Assembly (NCBI RefSeq): GCF_009914755.1
Contig: NC_060928.1
Length of the DNA: 64,000 nt
From: the human T2T-CHM13v2.0 reference genome, Homo sapiens
Direction: 5' to 3' (one strand)
Shown: in pieces, positions 25,420-38,854 of the stretch
How the letters are laid out: each line of letters starts with the position of its first letter
Position numbering within the stretch: the stretch's first letter is position 1
The notes under the pieces: generated by a model
Databases searched by the model: none
What the model was told of the DNA's origin: nothing
What the model saw: only the letters and a program-made list of their open reading frames with translations
Translations under genes and position numbers: made by a program

Positions 25420-27650
25420 ATATTATTTTTATAGATATGTACCTGTGCATTTCCATGATAATTTCAGGATAAATTGTTACACATGAAATTGCTGGGTCTA
25501 AGTAGGCACATATTCATAAGGAGCTGGAGCAAACTTGTTACCCAGAAAAAGATGAATTTATTTATAATTTTACCAACAATGTATAAAAAGCCAATTTCTT
25601 CACACCATTGCTAAACTTAGGTATTACAAATAAATACAATCTTTGCCAATTTGTTAGGTGAAAAATGTTGTTTCCTTATTTTCTAAATGTACACTTCATT
25701 AATAGTGAAATCATATGCTTTTATAGGTTTTTTATAATTTTGCCATTTTTAAATTGAAATTTTTGTCTTTTTGTCTTTGTATTGATTTCTAAGAATTTTT
25801 GAATATTAAACATTTACTTGGCATTTATGTTTAAAATGTTTTTTCAGTTTTTAATATAGCTTTAGTTACAAAAACTATGTTTTAAATATATGTATAATAA
25901 ATATATCCGTATTTTCCTTATTTTTTTTTGCCTGTATGAGTTGATGGCATGCCTAGAAAACTTGTATGTATGCTAAATTTATGTAAATATTCCCCTATAA
26001 TAATAAACATCTTGTTTTATTACTTTAATATAAATTCTTAGCCAATCTGCAATGTGATTGGGGATATGGTTTGAGGATAGCAATTCAATTTTTCACCCGA
26101 ATAATAGATTGCTTTTCCCAATTCCATTTATTAAATGAATTGTTTTTTCTCCACTACTTTGAAGCATCATTTTTATCCCATACTGAATTCTTATGTGTGT
26201 TAGCATTTGGTCTGTTTGCAGACACAGACACCCTTTCCTGTTTGATTTAATTCTATGCCTCTACACTGTTTTGATCAGTGAAGATTTTAAAAACATTTTA
26301 TACAATATATTCAGTTCTTAATTTGACTTTTTTATTTGGTTCGTGATAACATTGTTTTTGAGCAATGCAATTTTCTAAAATAGCTCTATTTGTCAAAACT
26401 ACTTAACCTGAACACTTATTTTTGGGATATAGCTATAAATTGTTTTGAATTGGTATTATATTCCCATTTCAAACATTTATTTATGGCATATGTATTCATC
26501 TCCATAACTATATCAGGAATAGTTATTTAGTTTTAATTATGTTTAAGTAGTTTCAAGGCACTATCTTGCCACAATAGATATCATATTCTGCATTCTAGAG
26601 GTAAAAGACTCTAGATTTTGATCTTTTCTTAGCGGACTCACATTAGACTTAGAAGAATATTTTATTTTGCAAAGGATCCATCAATAATTTTCTTAATTAG
26701 GTCCTGCACAGACATACACATAAACATAAATACACACTTGTATGTATATCTAAAGCTCTTGTCTATTGCTAGTATACAAATTCATATCTTAGCTGGGTAT
26801 AGATTTTGGGGTGATATAAAACTTTTCCCTTAATATCTGTACATGTCACTTTTTAGTATAATTCTTAATTTTGGTTCATTACTCCAATGGCTCTAGTATA
26901 CCATTTATCTTATCATGGAGGAGCATGTTTTTGTGTCTTATCTATTGCCTATCTTGGATTATTATTTTGTTACACCCCTGTAAAATGACTATTTTGATAC
27001 ATATACAATTATTAATTAGATCATTATTTTTGACATTTTCTGTCCCTGAATATACATCTGAGACTTTCCAAATTATTTTTGAGCATATTTTTTCTGTTTG
27101 TATACCTGTTGTTTTTGTAATGCAAAACCTACAAGAGAGTTTAGATAATTGGCATCTTTTCGTTAAAATTTCCTGCAGCACTTAGAGTGATTGCATTACC
27201 ACACGTTTAGTGTGCTTGCACCTCAGTTTCAAAAGATATTCTACAATTACATATATATTTTTTTCTTGTTTTAATTTTTTTCCTTGGCATTTTCATTTTT
27301 GATTCATTGCATTCGGAGTTATCTTTGCAGATTTGTGCACCTCATTGCTGATTTGATTTTTCTGTACTTTTCATTTCCTCCATACTGATTTTGATGTGGA
27401 TTTTAATTCTTTTTTGGAACTGCTAATTTCCCCACATGATTCCCTTACTTCATGCAACTCAAGGCTTATCCCTGGATCTTCTCTCTCTGTACTTTTGAGA
27501 TGTGCTCAGTTTTATTTCAGTTGATGTGGTATCATTTCACTTGTTTCTCTTATTTAATAGAGTGCATGCTTTCAGGAAATTTCTGATAACATGAAGCAAT
27601 GCTTCCTTATACCTGTAAGTTTTCTGCCCTGTGAGTGTATTTTTTCTTCT
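25420..27650 (-). mobile_element. Very old L1ME-type relic
   Basis: tgaaattgctgggtc, tttgccaatttgttaggtgaaaaatg, ccattttattaaat, agctgggtatagattttggg; T-rich antisense L1 pattern. Confidence 0.6.
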
Positions 27651-27710
27651 TTCCTGTGTAGAATCCATTGAAGTTTTCTATTATTATTATTAATTCATAT
27701 TTACCCATTC

Positions 27711-28004
27711 TTTTTTTTTTTTGAGTTGGAATCTTGCTCTGTCACCCACATTGGAGTGCAGCGGTGCAATCTCGGCTCATTGCACCCTCGGCCTCCTGGG
27801 TTCAAGTGATTATCCTGCCTCAGCCTCCTGAGTAGCTAGGACCATAGGTGCGCAACAATGCACTTGGCCAAGTTTTGTATTTTTAGTAGAGATGGGGTTT
27901 CACCGTGTTGGCCAGGCTGCTCTCAAATTCCTGACCTCAGGTGATTTGCCTGCCTTGGGCTTTCAGAGTCCTGGGATTACAGGCATGAGCCACTGCGCCC
28001 AGCC
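27711..28004 (-). mobile_element. AluS (Sx-like)
   Basis: TSD atatttacccattctt at 27697-27712 / 28007-28022. Confidence 0.95.
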
Positions 28005-28282
28005 TTATATTTACCCATTCTTGAATGAAAGAGATTGATTCAAGCCCAATGTTTGTCATTAAACCATTTAGTTATTTGTGATTAAATGTCTCTTGTTAGA
28101 TCTTAAGCTAGTATTTGGATGATGTGTAAAAGTATTAGCCTGATTTTGGATTGTGGTAATTCAGGTAGCATCAGCTCTGCTGAACTATAATCTCCTACTG
28201 TTTATACCGTGCTTAAGGAGGATAATTTTTTCCTGAATAACTTGAGGCATTTTATATTTCTTCCTGTGTTAGAAACAGTGCA

Positions 28283-28500
28283 TATAGGCAATAATAGATA
28301 CTGGGGACCACTAGAGGGAGGAGGAAGAGGAGTGGGAAAAGGGTTGAGAAACTAATTATTGGGTACTATGCATCATTACCTTGGTGACAGGATCAATGGT
28401 ACCCCAAACCTTAACGTCATGAAATATACCCATGTAACAAGCCTGCACATGTACTCCTTAAATGTAAAATAAAAGTTGGAATTTTAAAAAGAAAAAAATA
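28283..28500 (+). mobile_element. Short L1PA15/16-like 3' end
   Basis: gggttgagaaactaattattgggtactatgc...atacccatgtaacaagcctgcacatgtac...aaataaaagttg followed by an A tail; flanks aaa(c/t)agtgca. Confidence 0.85.
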
Positions 28501-28959
28501 TAAATAGTGCACCTCAATGCCCTGAACTGCTCTTAAAGTTCTTATCGTCTCTGTCCCTCTTAGTGCTGGCCTTATATTCCCCTGTACCACTTAAATCTGA
28601 CAATTGTTATATGTTACTGAAATTGTTGTTATGAATAGAAGAAATGCAGGCAGGCCTGATGTGAAAGGGAGATGAATAGATTCTCTTGGGTGCTAGTGAG
28701 GACATTTGATGCGTACATGGATTAATATTCAAAATTATTATCCTGCCATGCTATTTGGTGTTACTGTTGCAATTTTGCACCTCTTTCTGTGGTGTCAGAG
28801 TGGGGACAGTGTTCTCAGAAGAGAGCACATGTGTATAGGCCAATGGGTGGGAGGGCCATTGTGGGCCCGGGGGCTGCTAGAAGATTGAATGTGCTGTGTA
28901 TAGATGGGTATATATAGAAGGATGGGAGGAGTTGAGGCTGAGGAGAAGGTCAGGAGATT

Positions 28960-29350
28960 TGTCTCTATATATACCTGACTGTGGAGTTTAACTTTATCCT
29001 GATGGAGGTATTGAAATGTTTAAAGCAGGTTTGTGACGTGATGGGACAGAAAGATCTCTTTGACGAGAATGTTATTGGACTAGGGAGAGGCTCCAGGTGG
29101 GGAGACCACATAGGAAGTCATTGCAATCTTCTAGGCAAGAAAAAGATAACAGCCTGACCTAATAAAGCCACATCTGTAAAGTGGAGGTGCATACAGAGTC
29201 CAGAAATACTTAGGAGGAAAAATGAAAAAGACTTTGAGATTGGAATAGAGGGCAAGGGAAAGGGAAAAATTTAGGTTGATTCTTACACATTTGGTAAAAG
29301 TTACAGAGTCAAAGAGTGTGATAGACTGGTTTGTCCAGGCTGGGGTATGG
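28960..29350 (-). mobile_element. L2 fragment
   Basis: ttgaaatgtttaaagcagg...gggagaccacataggaagtcattgcaatcttctaggcaagaa. Confidence 0.55.
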
Positions 29351-29594
29351 AGCAAACATCATGAGTTCAATTTTGGGATTTCATTAGTAATTTTGTGTAG
29401 ATGATTTTCAATGTAGGCAATGATAATTTTAACTTTAGTGGAACAAAAATGTTTCCAAGGACAAAATAAGCTACATTTTTAGTGAGCATGCACTGCCGAT
29501 TTACACTATTTGGGTTATGATATGCTGTTGTTAAGCGCAATGAAAGGGGAAAATTAACTACCAAGATCAGTATTTAAATCAGGGTTGAGTTGGC

Positions 29595-29800
29595 AGCACA
29601 CTGGAGTGAGAAGAGCTTAGCTTTGGAAGACAGGAAATTAATATCTTTGATCGGATTGTACTCATTAACAGCAAGATTGGGGCAAGGCACTTAGTCATTT
29701 GGTTCCTAGATTCCCTGTTCGTAAATGATAGATAATATCATCTCTCAATTATTTCACAGGGTCTTAAGATGTGAACTAGATAGCTGATATAAAATTGCTT
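29595..29800 (+). mobile_element. MIR
   Basis: agagcttagctttggaagacag...ggggcaaggcacttagtc...ttccctgttcgtaaatg. Confidence 0.55.
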
Positions 29801-31010
29801 CCATATGCTGCTTTTGTATCTGAAATGATGAGAAACAAAATATTAGATATTTGTTGGCAACTGCAAATTTGGGGCAAAAATTTTCTGATATACTACCCTA
29901 TGATATAAATAAGACTAGCCTTTTGTGCATTTAATGTCACCTTTGAGTAAAAGTATGTTTAATTCAATTTTTTTCATATAATAATTTGGCTTCTAGAACA
30001 TTGTAAATGTAAATTCTGACACATTACAAATAAAATAAAGCTAAATGGCAGTACTTAGTGCCAGAGAGGATATTTTTTGCAATCAATTTTTTAATTAGCA
30101 TTTTCCTTTATTAAAAATACAAGAAGAGAGAAAAGAAAATAGTTTTGCATTCAATATTAATATAATTTTCAACTCCTGGCTATGATTTCATCATAAATAT
30201 CACAGCCAAACTTCTTACAGAACTGAATACAGAGCATTTCATTTTCTTTCAAACAAGTTCACATAATTAAGAAAGTGTTTTTCAAATGAAATAGAATTAT
30301 CTCGTTTACTCTGCTGTATTTACATATGTCTTTCATGAAGAGCTATTTGGCAGTAAATCTAGCCTGTTCTTTAAATAAGCATACCAAAATACTTCTTCAG
30401 AGTCTAAAGTTTTGCTAAGAGGAAAAAAAAAATCCACACCAATTTTGCCTCTGAAAAGATATTATCACTGCTCTTTTTGTTGGGCTAGAGACAAAATATT
30501 GGAGAAAATGGAATTTTACCAAGAAACAAGCTGTGAATTCTTTTCTACAGAATCTTATCCTAAAGCTTTTTGTCAACCAATAAAAATTAATGGATTAGGA
30601 AAAAAAAAACCCTACCTATTTGTCTCAAAGGATTTTGGAATAAAGAAACTGGTAATTATTTACCCAGTGGCAATCCTAGGTAATTCCCTTCAGGCAAAAA
30701 TCCAAATAAAAGACTTAAACATTGTAAATTGTCCTTGTCACATGAAGCCCTACACATTCAAAACTCAAAACAAGTCGGCCCCAAATCTGATTGGTAGATA
30801 TTATTAGCTAGTGTCCATTCAGTGCCTTAGTTTGGGTGGATTTCATTGTCAAGTTTAAATTTTGGGGTGTGTTAATATCTTACAGAGATTCTATTTTAAC
30901 TTTGTTGGTGAAAAAAATGGAAGCTATTTTAACAGTTGAATGGTTTTGAGAATAACAACTTTTTAGCTTGTGTCTGGGTATCAAGTACATTCCTAAGGGT
31001 TCCGGGGGAT

Positions 31011-31269
31011 TAGTCTAGTGGTTTAGAGCCTGTGTCTGGAGTCAGGCTGCCTGGGTTTCAATCCCGGCCCAGCCACTTAAGTAACCTGTGATCTGAAACG
31101 TATTACCTTCCTTCTGTGTGCCTCGATTTTTCTAATTAAAAGACAAGGGGAAATAATTATACTTATTTCATGGTTGTTGAGAGGATTATATGAGTAAATA
31201 TATAAAGTGTTGAGAAACAGTTCCTGGCATATAGCAAGTACTCGGTACTTATAAGTTATTGTTATTATT
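31011..31269 (+). mobile_element. MIR (near full length)
   Basis: tagtggtttagagc...ctggagtcaggctgcctgggtttcaatcccggc...ggttgttgagaggatt...cctggcatatagcaagtactc. Confidence 0.85.
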
Positions 31270-32024
31270 ATCAACTCAGACAGAATTGTTATTAAAGTAT
31301 TAAGCTGATAAACAATGAAAAGAAATAGGTGCTGTTTGGCTGGTACCCTTGACATTGCAGGAATTTGGGGAAGGAATGCACGATGGATGGGGCTGTAAAC
31401 AATGATCCCAAATGAACAGGAGCATCCCCTCCTGTTGCTTCGGGTTGATCTTGGAAAACCAAGAGGAGGAGGAGGAAGTGGAGGAGGAGAAGGGTGATAC
31501 CACTATGTCCTCATATGTTGGTAACCTAAACAGAAACTTCAGTTTTTTTCTTATTGGTTTCTCAGTTCCAAGTGAAGTCCTCCTCCCCCATCCCTGCCCC
31601 TGAAAACTTGTAAAACCCACATGCCTCACTGGAGAAATACATGTGCCAAGTTGGAAATTTTAAAATTCAAACTCTAATTTTTTGCATACACATAAATTCT
31701 GGCAAATTTTGATGCTGGTAAAAAAACCCGCTTTTGCTTGTTGGAATGTTATTATCACTCCAAACGATTGAACAGATTTCTTCAGCCTTTCTAAATATAA
31801 TTATTTTTGAGAAGACAATAAGGATGAAGAATTTCTTCCTCAAGGTCATGCTGGGGGATGCTTAGAAAGTACTGAGTTTGTGCACATGAGGAAAAGAAAA
31901 AGTTTCCTCTCATCCATAATTTGCTATTTCATGTACTCCTTTCAAAACTTCCAATGAGACAACTTAGCCTTGACAAAATGAAGAATGAGTTTCCACAAGA
32001 ACCCATAGTCCTCACATAATCCTT

Positions 32025-32409
32025 TATGATAGGTAGTTTTATGTGTCAAATACAGCTGGGCAATAGTACTCAAACAATAATCTAGCTGTTGCTGCAAAGA
32101 TGCTTTGTAGATGTGGCTAACATCTGCCATCCATTGACTTTAAGTAAAGGAGACTACCCTCAATCATATAGGTTCCACCCACTGAGTTGAAGGACCCTAA
32201 GAGCAAAACTGAGGGTTCCCTGAAGAATTCCAGCTGTGGCCTGCAGTATCAGCTCCCATCCAGGAGTTGCCAGCCTGCTGCCCTGCCCTACAAATGTCAA
32301 ACGTTGCCTAGCCAGACCCCACAATCACATGAGACAATTCTTTGAAGTAAATCTCTTAAGATATATATCCCACTCGTTCTGTTTCTCTGGTGGAACCCTG
32401 ACTGATACA
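32025..32409 (+). mobile_element. MLT2D-like ERVL solo LTR
   Basis: ttttatgtgtcaa...ttgactttaagtaaaggagactaccctc...gttctgtttctctggtggaaccctgactgataca. Confidence 0.85.
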
Positions 32410-32490
32410 CCCATTATTCCAATTGTGTTATAAAATGCAAAGTGCATATTATGCTAGGCTAAGACTCTTTCCTTAAAATGCAGCAGTGCT

Positions 32491-32792
32491 GGCTGGGCAT
32501 GGTGGCTCACGCTTGTAATCCAGCTCTTTAAGAGGCCGAGGCAGGTGGATCATGATGTCAGGAGTTCCAGACCAGCCTGGATGATATAGTGAAACCCTGT
32601 CACTACTAAAAATACAAAAATTAGCTGGGCATGGTGGCACATGCCTGCAGTCCCAGCTGCTCAGGAGGCTGAGGTAGGAGAATCGCTTGAACCCAGGAGG
32701 CGAAGATTGCAGTGAGCCCAGATCGCACCTGCACTCCAGCCTGGGTGACAGAGTGGGACTCCATCTCAAAAAAAAAAAAAAAAAAAAAAAAA
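32491..32792 (+). mobile_element. AluS
   Basis: Full dimer with long A tail; flanks gcagcagt. Confidence 0.95.
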
Positions 32793-32844
32793 GCAGCAGT
32801 ATTATTTTCAGAAGAATTTGAACATCAGACATAGTTGTTTCTTA

Positions 32845-33040
32845 ACTTTTTATTGAAGTATTACACACACACACAGGAGACACACATAGCAAATTGAACA
32901 CACCTGTGTAACCAACACCCAGGTCAGGAAACAACATAATCTGCACATCAGAAGTTACCTTAGCATTCCTTCTCATCATCGACCCCGCCTCCACCAAGGG
33001 CAGCCCATGTCCTAACTTCTAATAGCACACATTAGTTTTC
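32845..33040 (-). mobile_element. L1ME-type 3' end fragment
   Basis: tttttattgaagta...aacacacctgtgtaaccaacacccaggtcaggaaac. Confidence 0.6.
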
Positions 33041-34849
33041 AGGTGTAGGATTTTAAGTATGGTTAAGTAAATGTGATTTTAAGGGTAGGTGTGATTATCT
33101 GAAGACCTTGGGAGAAGCCTTGACGCAAAGAGACAATCTCAGTACTCAGAGGTTGCTATTTGTTAGGGCCCATTAGAATTTGGACTAAATAATGAGTCTT
33201 TCTGACTATTTTACATCTTACCCACTAAACACTAAACAACTTTTTTTGTAGTATATATTATAGGTTTTACTCCAATTAATTGTTAAAGAAAGCTAAATCT
33301 ATGGAGCAGAGGATTTAGTAGGCAGATATCTGCCCCACATTATTTAATACTTAATTCCAAAAAAATTAATTCCATAAAATGAAAGTTTATGCTCTATTCC
33401 AAACCTCAAGCCACTGGTATTGTCATGGCTTTATTGAATATCCTGGCTTGTCCATAGAGGCACATAGATCAGGTTTCTTTGAAGCAAAGGGACTTTCTAT
33501 GATATGTCTTGTAAGAAAATTTCCCTATTGTTGACATTTGCAAGATCTATTATTGGGAGCACTTTATTGACTTGGTGACACTCCCGCAGCCTTCTCCAGC
33601 TGTTTCCCAGTATCACATATGCAACCAAGTCACAATTCTTCACTGGAGAATAAACTCACAGTAATTTCCAGCTTCATGCATGTTATGTAATTAAATAAGT
33701 ATCAGAAGATTATTGGTGTAACTAATACCACTGCAGAACTTGTATTACAAACCCTCTAACTCAGTGGTGGGAAATGGACTCCCATACCCAGAATGGTTCA
33801 TGGAAAGATGGACCCTAAGGAAATAGAGCCCTGAAAGGACTCCACAGTTTCTGTGTACACTCTCATGTCTACTCTCTCCTCTGGCCAGAAACCTCCCAGG
33901 CACCTGTTATAGTATCCACTCTCTTAGTCAATCTGAACACTCAATCCTATTTCTCTCTTGGAGGACATTACTGAGACGTAAATATATACCATTCCCTAAA
34001 GCCCTGAGGTTATAAAAAATGTTATGGCATTTGATTTATTGATGTGAAAAAAGAAGAAAGGGACCAGGAGAATGGAATGTTAAATACCTTGTTAAATACC
34101 TCGGCCATTCCAGCTCTCAGTGTGGTGATGAGAACAAAATCAGATTAACCTGACTGTTGACAACTTTTATCTTGAGAAAATATATGCATTTATATCATAG
34201 TTATATAGATACATGTCTTATCTTCTCTAATAAACCAAAGACTTCTTAAGGGAAATATATCTGACCGATAAATATTTGTGTTGTCTCCATAGTACCTACG
34301 GCAGGTGCTCAATTGGTATTTGTTACATGAATTAAAGCCGATAGTCATCATTTAGTTTTTAGCATAGAACCATTAAGAACAGAGCAAATCATCTATGTTT
34401 GAGGGTAAACACCGTTTCTCCTCCAAATGAAACTTGGAGTTCCTAATAATTCCCTGATCTTTTAAAGCAAGAATAAGTAGAACAAATCTAAATCAAACCT
34501 TGATATCTCAATACCTGGGATGCTGCACATTAGTCTGGTTATTTCATCTTGTGAAGCAGAAGATCAACAGAAATATTCAAGGGGACTGAATAGTTTCCTT
34601 ATAGAAAAACAGAAGGGAGATCGTGAAAGAACTCTCACATGAATGTGAGTAAATTCTATAAAATTCTTGATCTCATTTCTTCCTTCAGTTATCAACCTTT
34701 GTCATAAAATCCCTGAAAAGCTTTCCCATTCTACTTGGATTTAATTTCTCTTCTCTGTTCTCTCTCAAAACCTCTTTAGTCTACCTTTTGCCTGCACCAG
34801 ATCTGATCTACCACTGACCTCTGGGGTCACACATCTCAGCCTCGTGTGA

Positions 34850-36288
34850 CTTGACTTACCGTTTGACAGAATTGATGACTCCCTCGTTCTTGAAGTTCTT
34901 GGCCTGGCTTCTTGGACACATTCTTCAGAATCCTCCTTTGGCTGCTCCTTCTCAGCAGTTTTTGCAATTCTTCCTCATAATCATTCCTCAGACACCTTAG
35001 CGTTGGAGTGCACAGTGGTCAGTCCTTGTCTCTTCTCTTCTCTGTCTTTATTGACCTTCTTGACCATCTTTTTCATCTCATGGCAATAGTTATGTTGATG
35101 ACTCTCAAATGTATCATTGCAGGTTTAGCTCTTTCCAGACTCCTAGTTCCAGCTGCCTATTGAACATCTTTAAATGGATATCTAATAGGCATATAAAAAA
35201 TGTGTCCAGCTGTGCATGGTGGCTCACACCTGTAACCCCAACACTTTGGGAGGCTGAGGTGGGAGAATTGCTTGAACGCATGAGTTGGAGACCAGCCTGG
35301 GCAACAAAGTGAGACCCTATCTCTACAAAAAAGTCAAAAAGTTAGCCAGGTGTGGTGGCATGCACCAGTAGTTCCAGCTACCCAGGAGGCTGAAGTGGGA
35401 GGAGGTTGAGGCTGCGGTGGGCAGCCTCATGACAGAGTGAGACCTTGTCTCAAAAAAAGAAAATGTGTCAAGAATGACCTCAATTTTTTTCCTAAACTTC
35501 CATTGAACTTTCACTCCAAATTTGTTCCTCATGCATTTTTCCTTATCTCACACTCCAGCCAAATCTCACCTTTAACTCCTATGTCTCACATCATACACCA
35601 AATCTATCAGCAAACCCTAGTGGCTCTACCTTAAAAATATTTCCAGAACTTAACCATGTCACATCAGTTCCCTGCTACTGTGATCTCTCTCTCAGATTGT
35701 TATGACTGTCTCCTAACAATAGGGCCCCTGATTCATCTTTGCTTTCCTATAGTCCTTGTCTCAATACAGCAGCCAGAGTGATCCTGCTAAAAAGTAAAAC
35801 AGATAATGTTACTTCTCTGCTCGAAACCCTCCGTTGCCTTCCGAAAACATGGAGCAAAATCCAAACTCCCTATAGTGCCCTGCAAGAGGCAAGATGATCT
35901 GCCAGCCTCATTTCTCACCACTCTTCCTTCTCCCTGTTGCCATACTCATCAGCTTGCTGTGTGCTCCAGTTTCTGCATTTGCTGTCCTCTCTGCCCGGAC
36001 ATCCTCCCCCCAGGTATCATTCTTTCACTTCCATCAAATGAGCTCCTCAGAGATACTTTCCATATCAGTCATATCTGAAATCGTCACCACCTCCTCACTC
36101 CTTACCTCAACTTCCTGCTTCTCCAAAGCACTTATGAACACCTGACATACTATATCATGTGCTCATTTGAAACAAAGAGTGAAAGTTCCAAGAAGTCAGG
36201 AAAAATTTTTTTCTTTTTTTCTTTGGCTGTCTGAGAAATTTCTAGCACCTAGAATTTTAAGTACTGGAGCCAAATTATTTGTTGAATG
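34850..36288 (+). mobile_element. L2a-like element interrupted by an AluJ
   Basis: tatgttgatgactctcaaatgtat (YADD-like relic); acagcagccagagtgatcct; 3' end ttgttgaatga. Confidence 0.8.
35208..35460 (+). mobile_element. AluJ with right-arm deletions
   Basis: Alu dimer with a shortened right arm; TSD aaaatgtgtc. Confidence 0.9.
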
Positions 36289-37894
36289 AGTGTGTCTCTC
36301 CTCTCTTCTCCCTTTCTTTTCTCTCTCCTCCTCTCTCTCTTCTGTTCCCTTCCCTTCTCTTGTCTTCTCTATCTACATTTTCTCTTCTGATATTCTCTCC
36401 AGTTACATGACTTTAGTTACCACAGGAAGTATATTCCCAAACTTGTTTAATTCTTGGAATATAAAATATATTTGGAGCCATCTGTTCCTATTGAGAAAAG
36501 AAGCAAGGCAACATAGAAATAAAGTGTTGTTTTAAATAATTGGTAATTACCATATGGAACTCAATCCTACCACCAAAACTTAATTCTGTCTCTCACCTTT
36601 TTTTGCGTGAATTATCAGAATAGCCTCTTCGTTGTCATCTGTAACTTATGCGTGAATATCTCCAAACTTTTCTTTACATAGTTGCCAGTGTAATCATATC
36701 ACACGCATTTGAATATATTTCATCAGTTTCTTATAAAGGAGGAGAATGATAAACATGATGATGATAAAAGTGTAGAATTAAGTATTTAAAAACTGAATAA
36801 AACTTATTCTTTCTCTCAAAGTAAAATGTATGTTTTCCGTATAATTTAACCACATCAAGGAGTCATTAGAAAGAATGTGTACATCATGTATGTGGATAAG
36901 ATCTCAGCTGCTTGGCATATACTGCCTTATTGAATGAAAAGGTCTATATTGCTATTAGAACTTTTAAACATTTCATTCTTTTAAAGAAAGTAGAAATAAA
37001 ACAAAAGCCTATCCTGAAGACCGTGATGTATTCCTATGAATGCCTGGACTGTTGTTTGTCACTGGGCTCCATATTGGTTTGGTTAGCATTTTCTTTGCTA
37101 ATAAAGTCATCCATGAAACCCATTTTAGACTGACTCATTTCTCTGTGAAGCACATGTTATATTAGTTTTGCAGAATGTGGATGAGTTTATGTGCAGGAAA
37201 CACAAAAGGAGAAGTGTTTTCCAAAACTTTCTATACTTGAGTGACATTCTTCACTGGCCCCAACTTCTTTGGCTAATTGATTCTCTAAACAAGACCTCAG
37301 CCAACCTTCAGAGCAGCTGTTTCTGGAATAACAGAGACTGGCAAGTGAGGGAATAACTGTGGCTTTAACAGGCATGTGCTTGCTCTCCACCACACTGGAT
37401 TGCCCTCTCTGAAAGGGTTGCTTTTGATGACCAAATCCATCTTGTTTTCTCTTTGTTAAAAAAAGAAAAAGAAAAAGAAAATATGCTTCTATTTTTTAGA
37501 CCATGATAACAAAAAGCAGTCACTAGAAAAATTGGCAAGAGGGAGGAGAGTTCCTAATAGGCTGGCCACTTAGACTTGGGATATTTTTCTGAGAAAGCCA
37601 GTCATGCCTGTTTCATCTTGGAATAGATTCCTTTCCCCCAGTAGCACTCCAGAAGCCGTGCTGTCTGTTTCAGTTATAAATCCCCAGTCTTCTCATTACA
37701 GACTCAGGGCTATAACCGACTTCTGGCAATTTATGATCAAACCTAAAGCACTTAGCTAGTGAATTGTACCATTTGTTGAACATGTAAAAATCTCTAACAC
37801 TTGGGGCCAAAATTAAAATGTCATTGAGTAAATGAGTGTGTTAATAGCCAAGGATTCTCATAAGACAAATAACTAGTGTCTTACTTAAAATCTT

Positions 37895-38030
37895 AGAATT
37901 CTAGAGCTAGAAAGGAGCTCACTCATCATTTACTCTAATCCTTAATTTTACATATGAGGAAATTGGAAACAAAGGAGTTAACACCTGGCTCAAGGTCATA
38001 CCTGGCTTAAATAGAGCATCAGTTGCCTAA
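37895..38030 (-). mobile_element. MIR
   Basis: ttttacatatgaggaaattggaaac...ggctcaaggtcatac. Confidence 0.65.
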
Positions 38031-38615
38031 TTCCTGCCAAGCGCACATTTCGTGACCCACGATTCTCTTCTCACTCTAGTTGGCTTTGTGAAAGAGCAAA
38101 ATTGGAAGCAGATCAAAGATCTTAGATGCTAATTTTCCTGCCTTGATAGTTATCTTTTCACAAGTGGATAGGGCAGGGTGGGCATGTGTTAGAGGATGAT
38201 GTGAAAGTTGAGAAGCACCTAAGACAATATTACTTAATTATTGTATTTAGGGGTGTTTTTATTGCAGGTTGAGTGAGACACGATGGTGATGAAATGAGCT
38301 TCCCTGCATGTAATTACAAATAAATAAGTCTTTTGGGGTTTGTCTAATAGCAGGGGGCATGAGGTCATTTGGGATTGCTGTTTTTGGTCAGTGTGTTTGA
38401 ACACATTGGGTCACTGTCAAGGGGTTCTAAGTGAGCCACGATATTCTGGGTTTTCAGCTATTTTGGGTTGGAAGACAACCATCAGGTAAAGCGTAAGTCT
38501 GAAAAACAAATTTAAAGACCCTTTGGAAAGACCATATAGACTGAATTTTTGGAATTAAACTATTTTTCATTTATGGCTGAGTCACTGGTGTTTGTAGACA
38601 AACTTGATAAGAAGT

Positions 38616-38854
38616 TTATATGATGTGGCTGTGTCCTCACCCAAATCTCATCTTGAATGGTAGCTCCGATAATTCTCATGTGCCATGGGAAGGAATCAGT
38701 GGGAGGCAATTGAATCATGGGGGCAGGTCTTTCCTATGCTGTTCTCCTAGTAGTGAATAAATCTCATGAGATTTGATAGTTTTATAAAGGGGAGTTCCCC
38801 TACACAAACTCGCTTGCCTGCTGCCATATAAGACATGACTTTGCCCTTCCTTCC
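38616..38854 (+). mobile_element. THE1C-like LTR, 3'-truncated
   Basis: ggctgtgtcctcacccaaatctcatcttgaatggtagctcc...ggggagttcccctacacaa; similarity stops before the 3' third. Confidence 0.88.
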
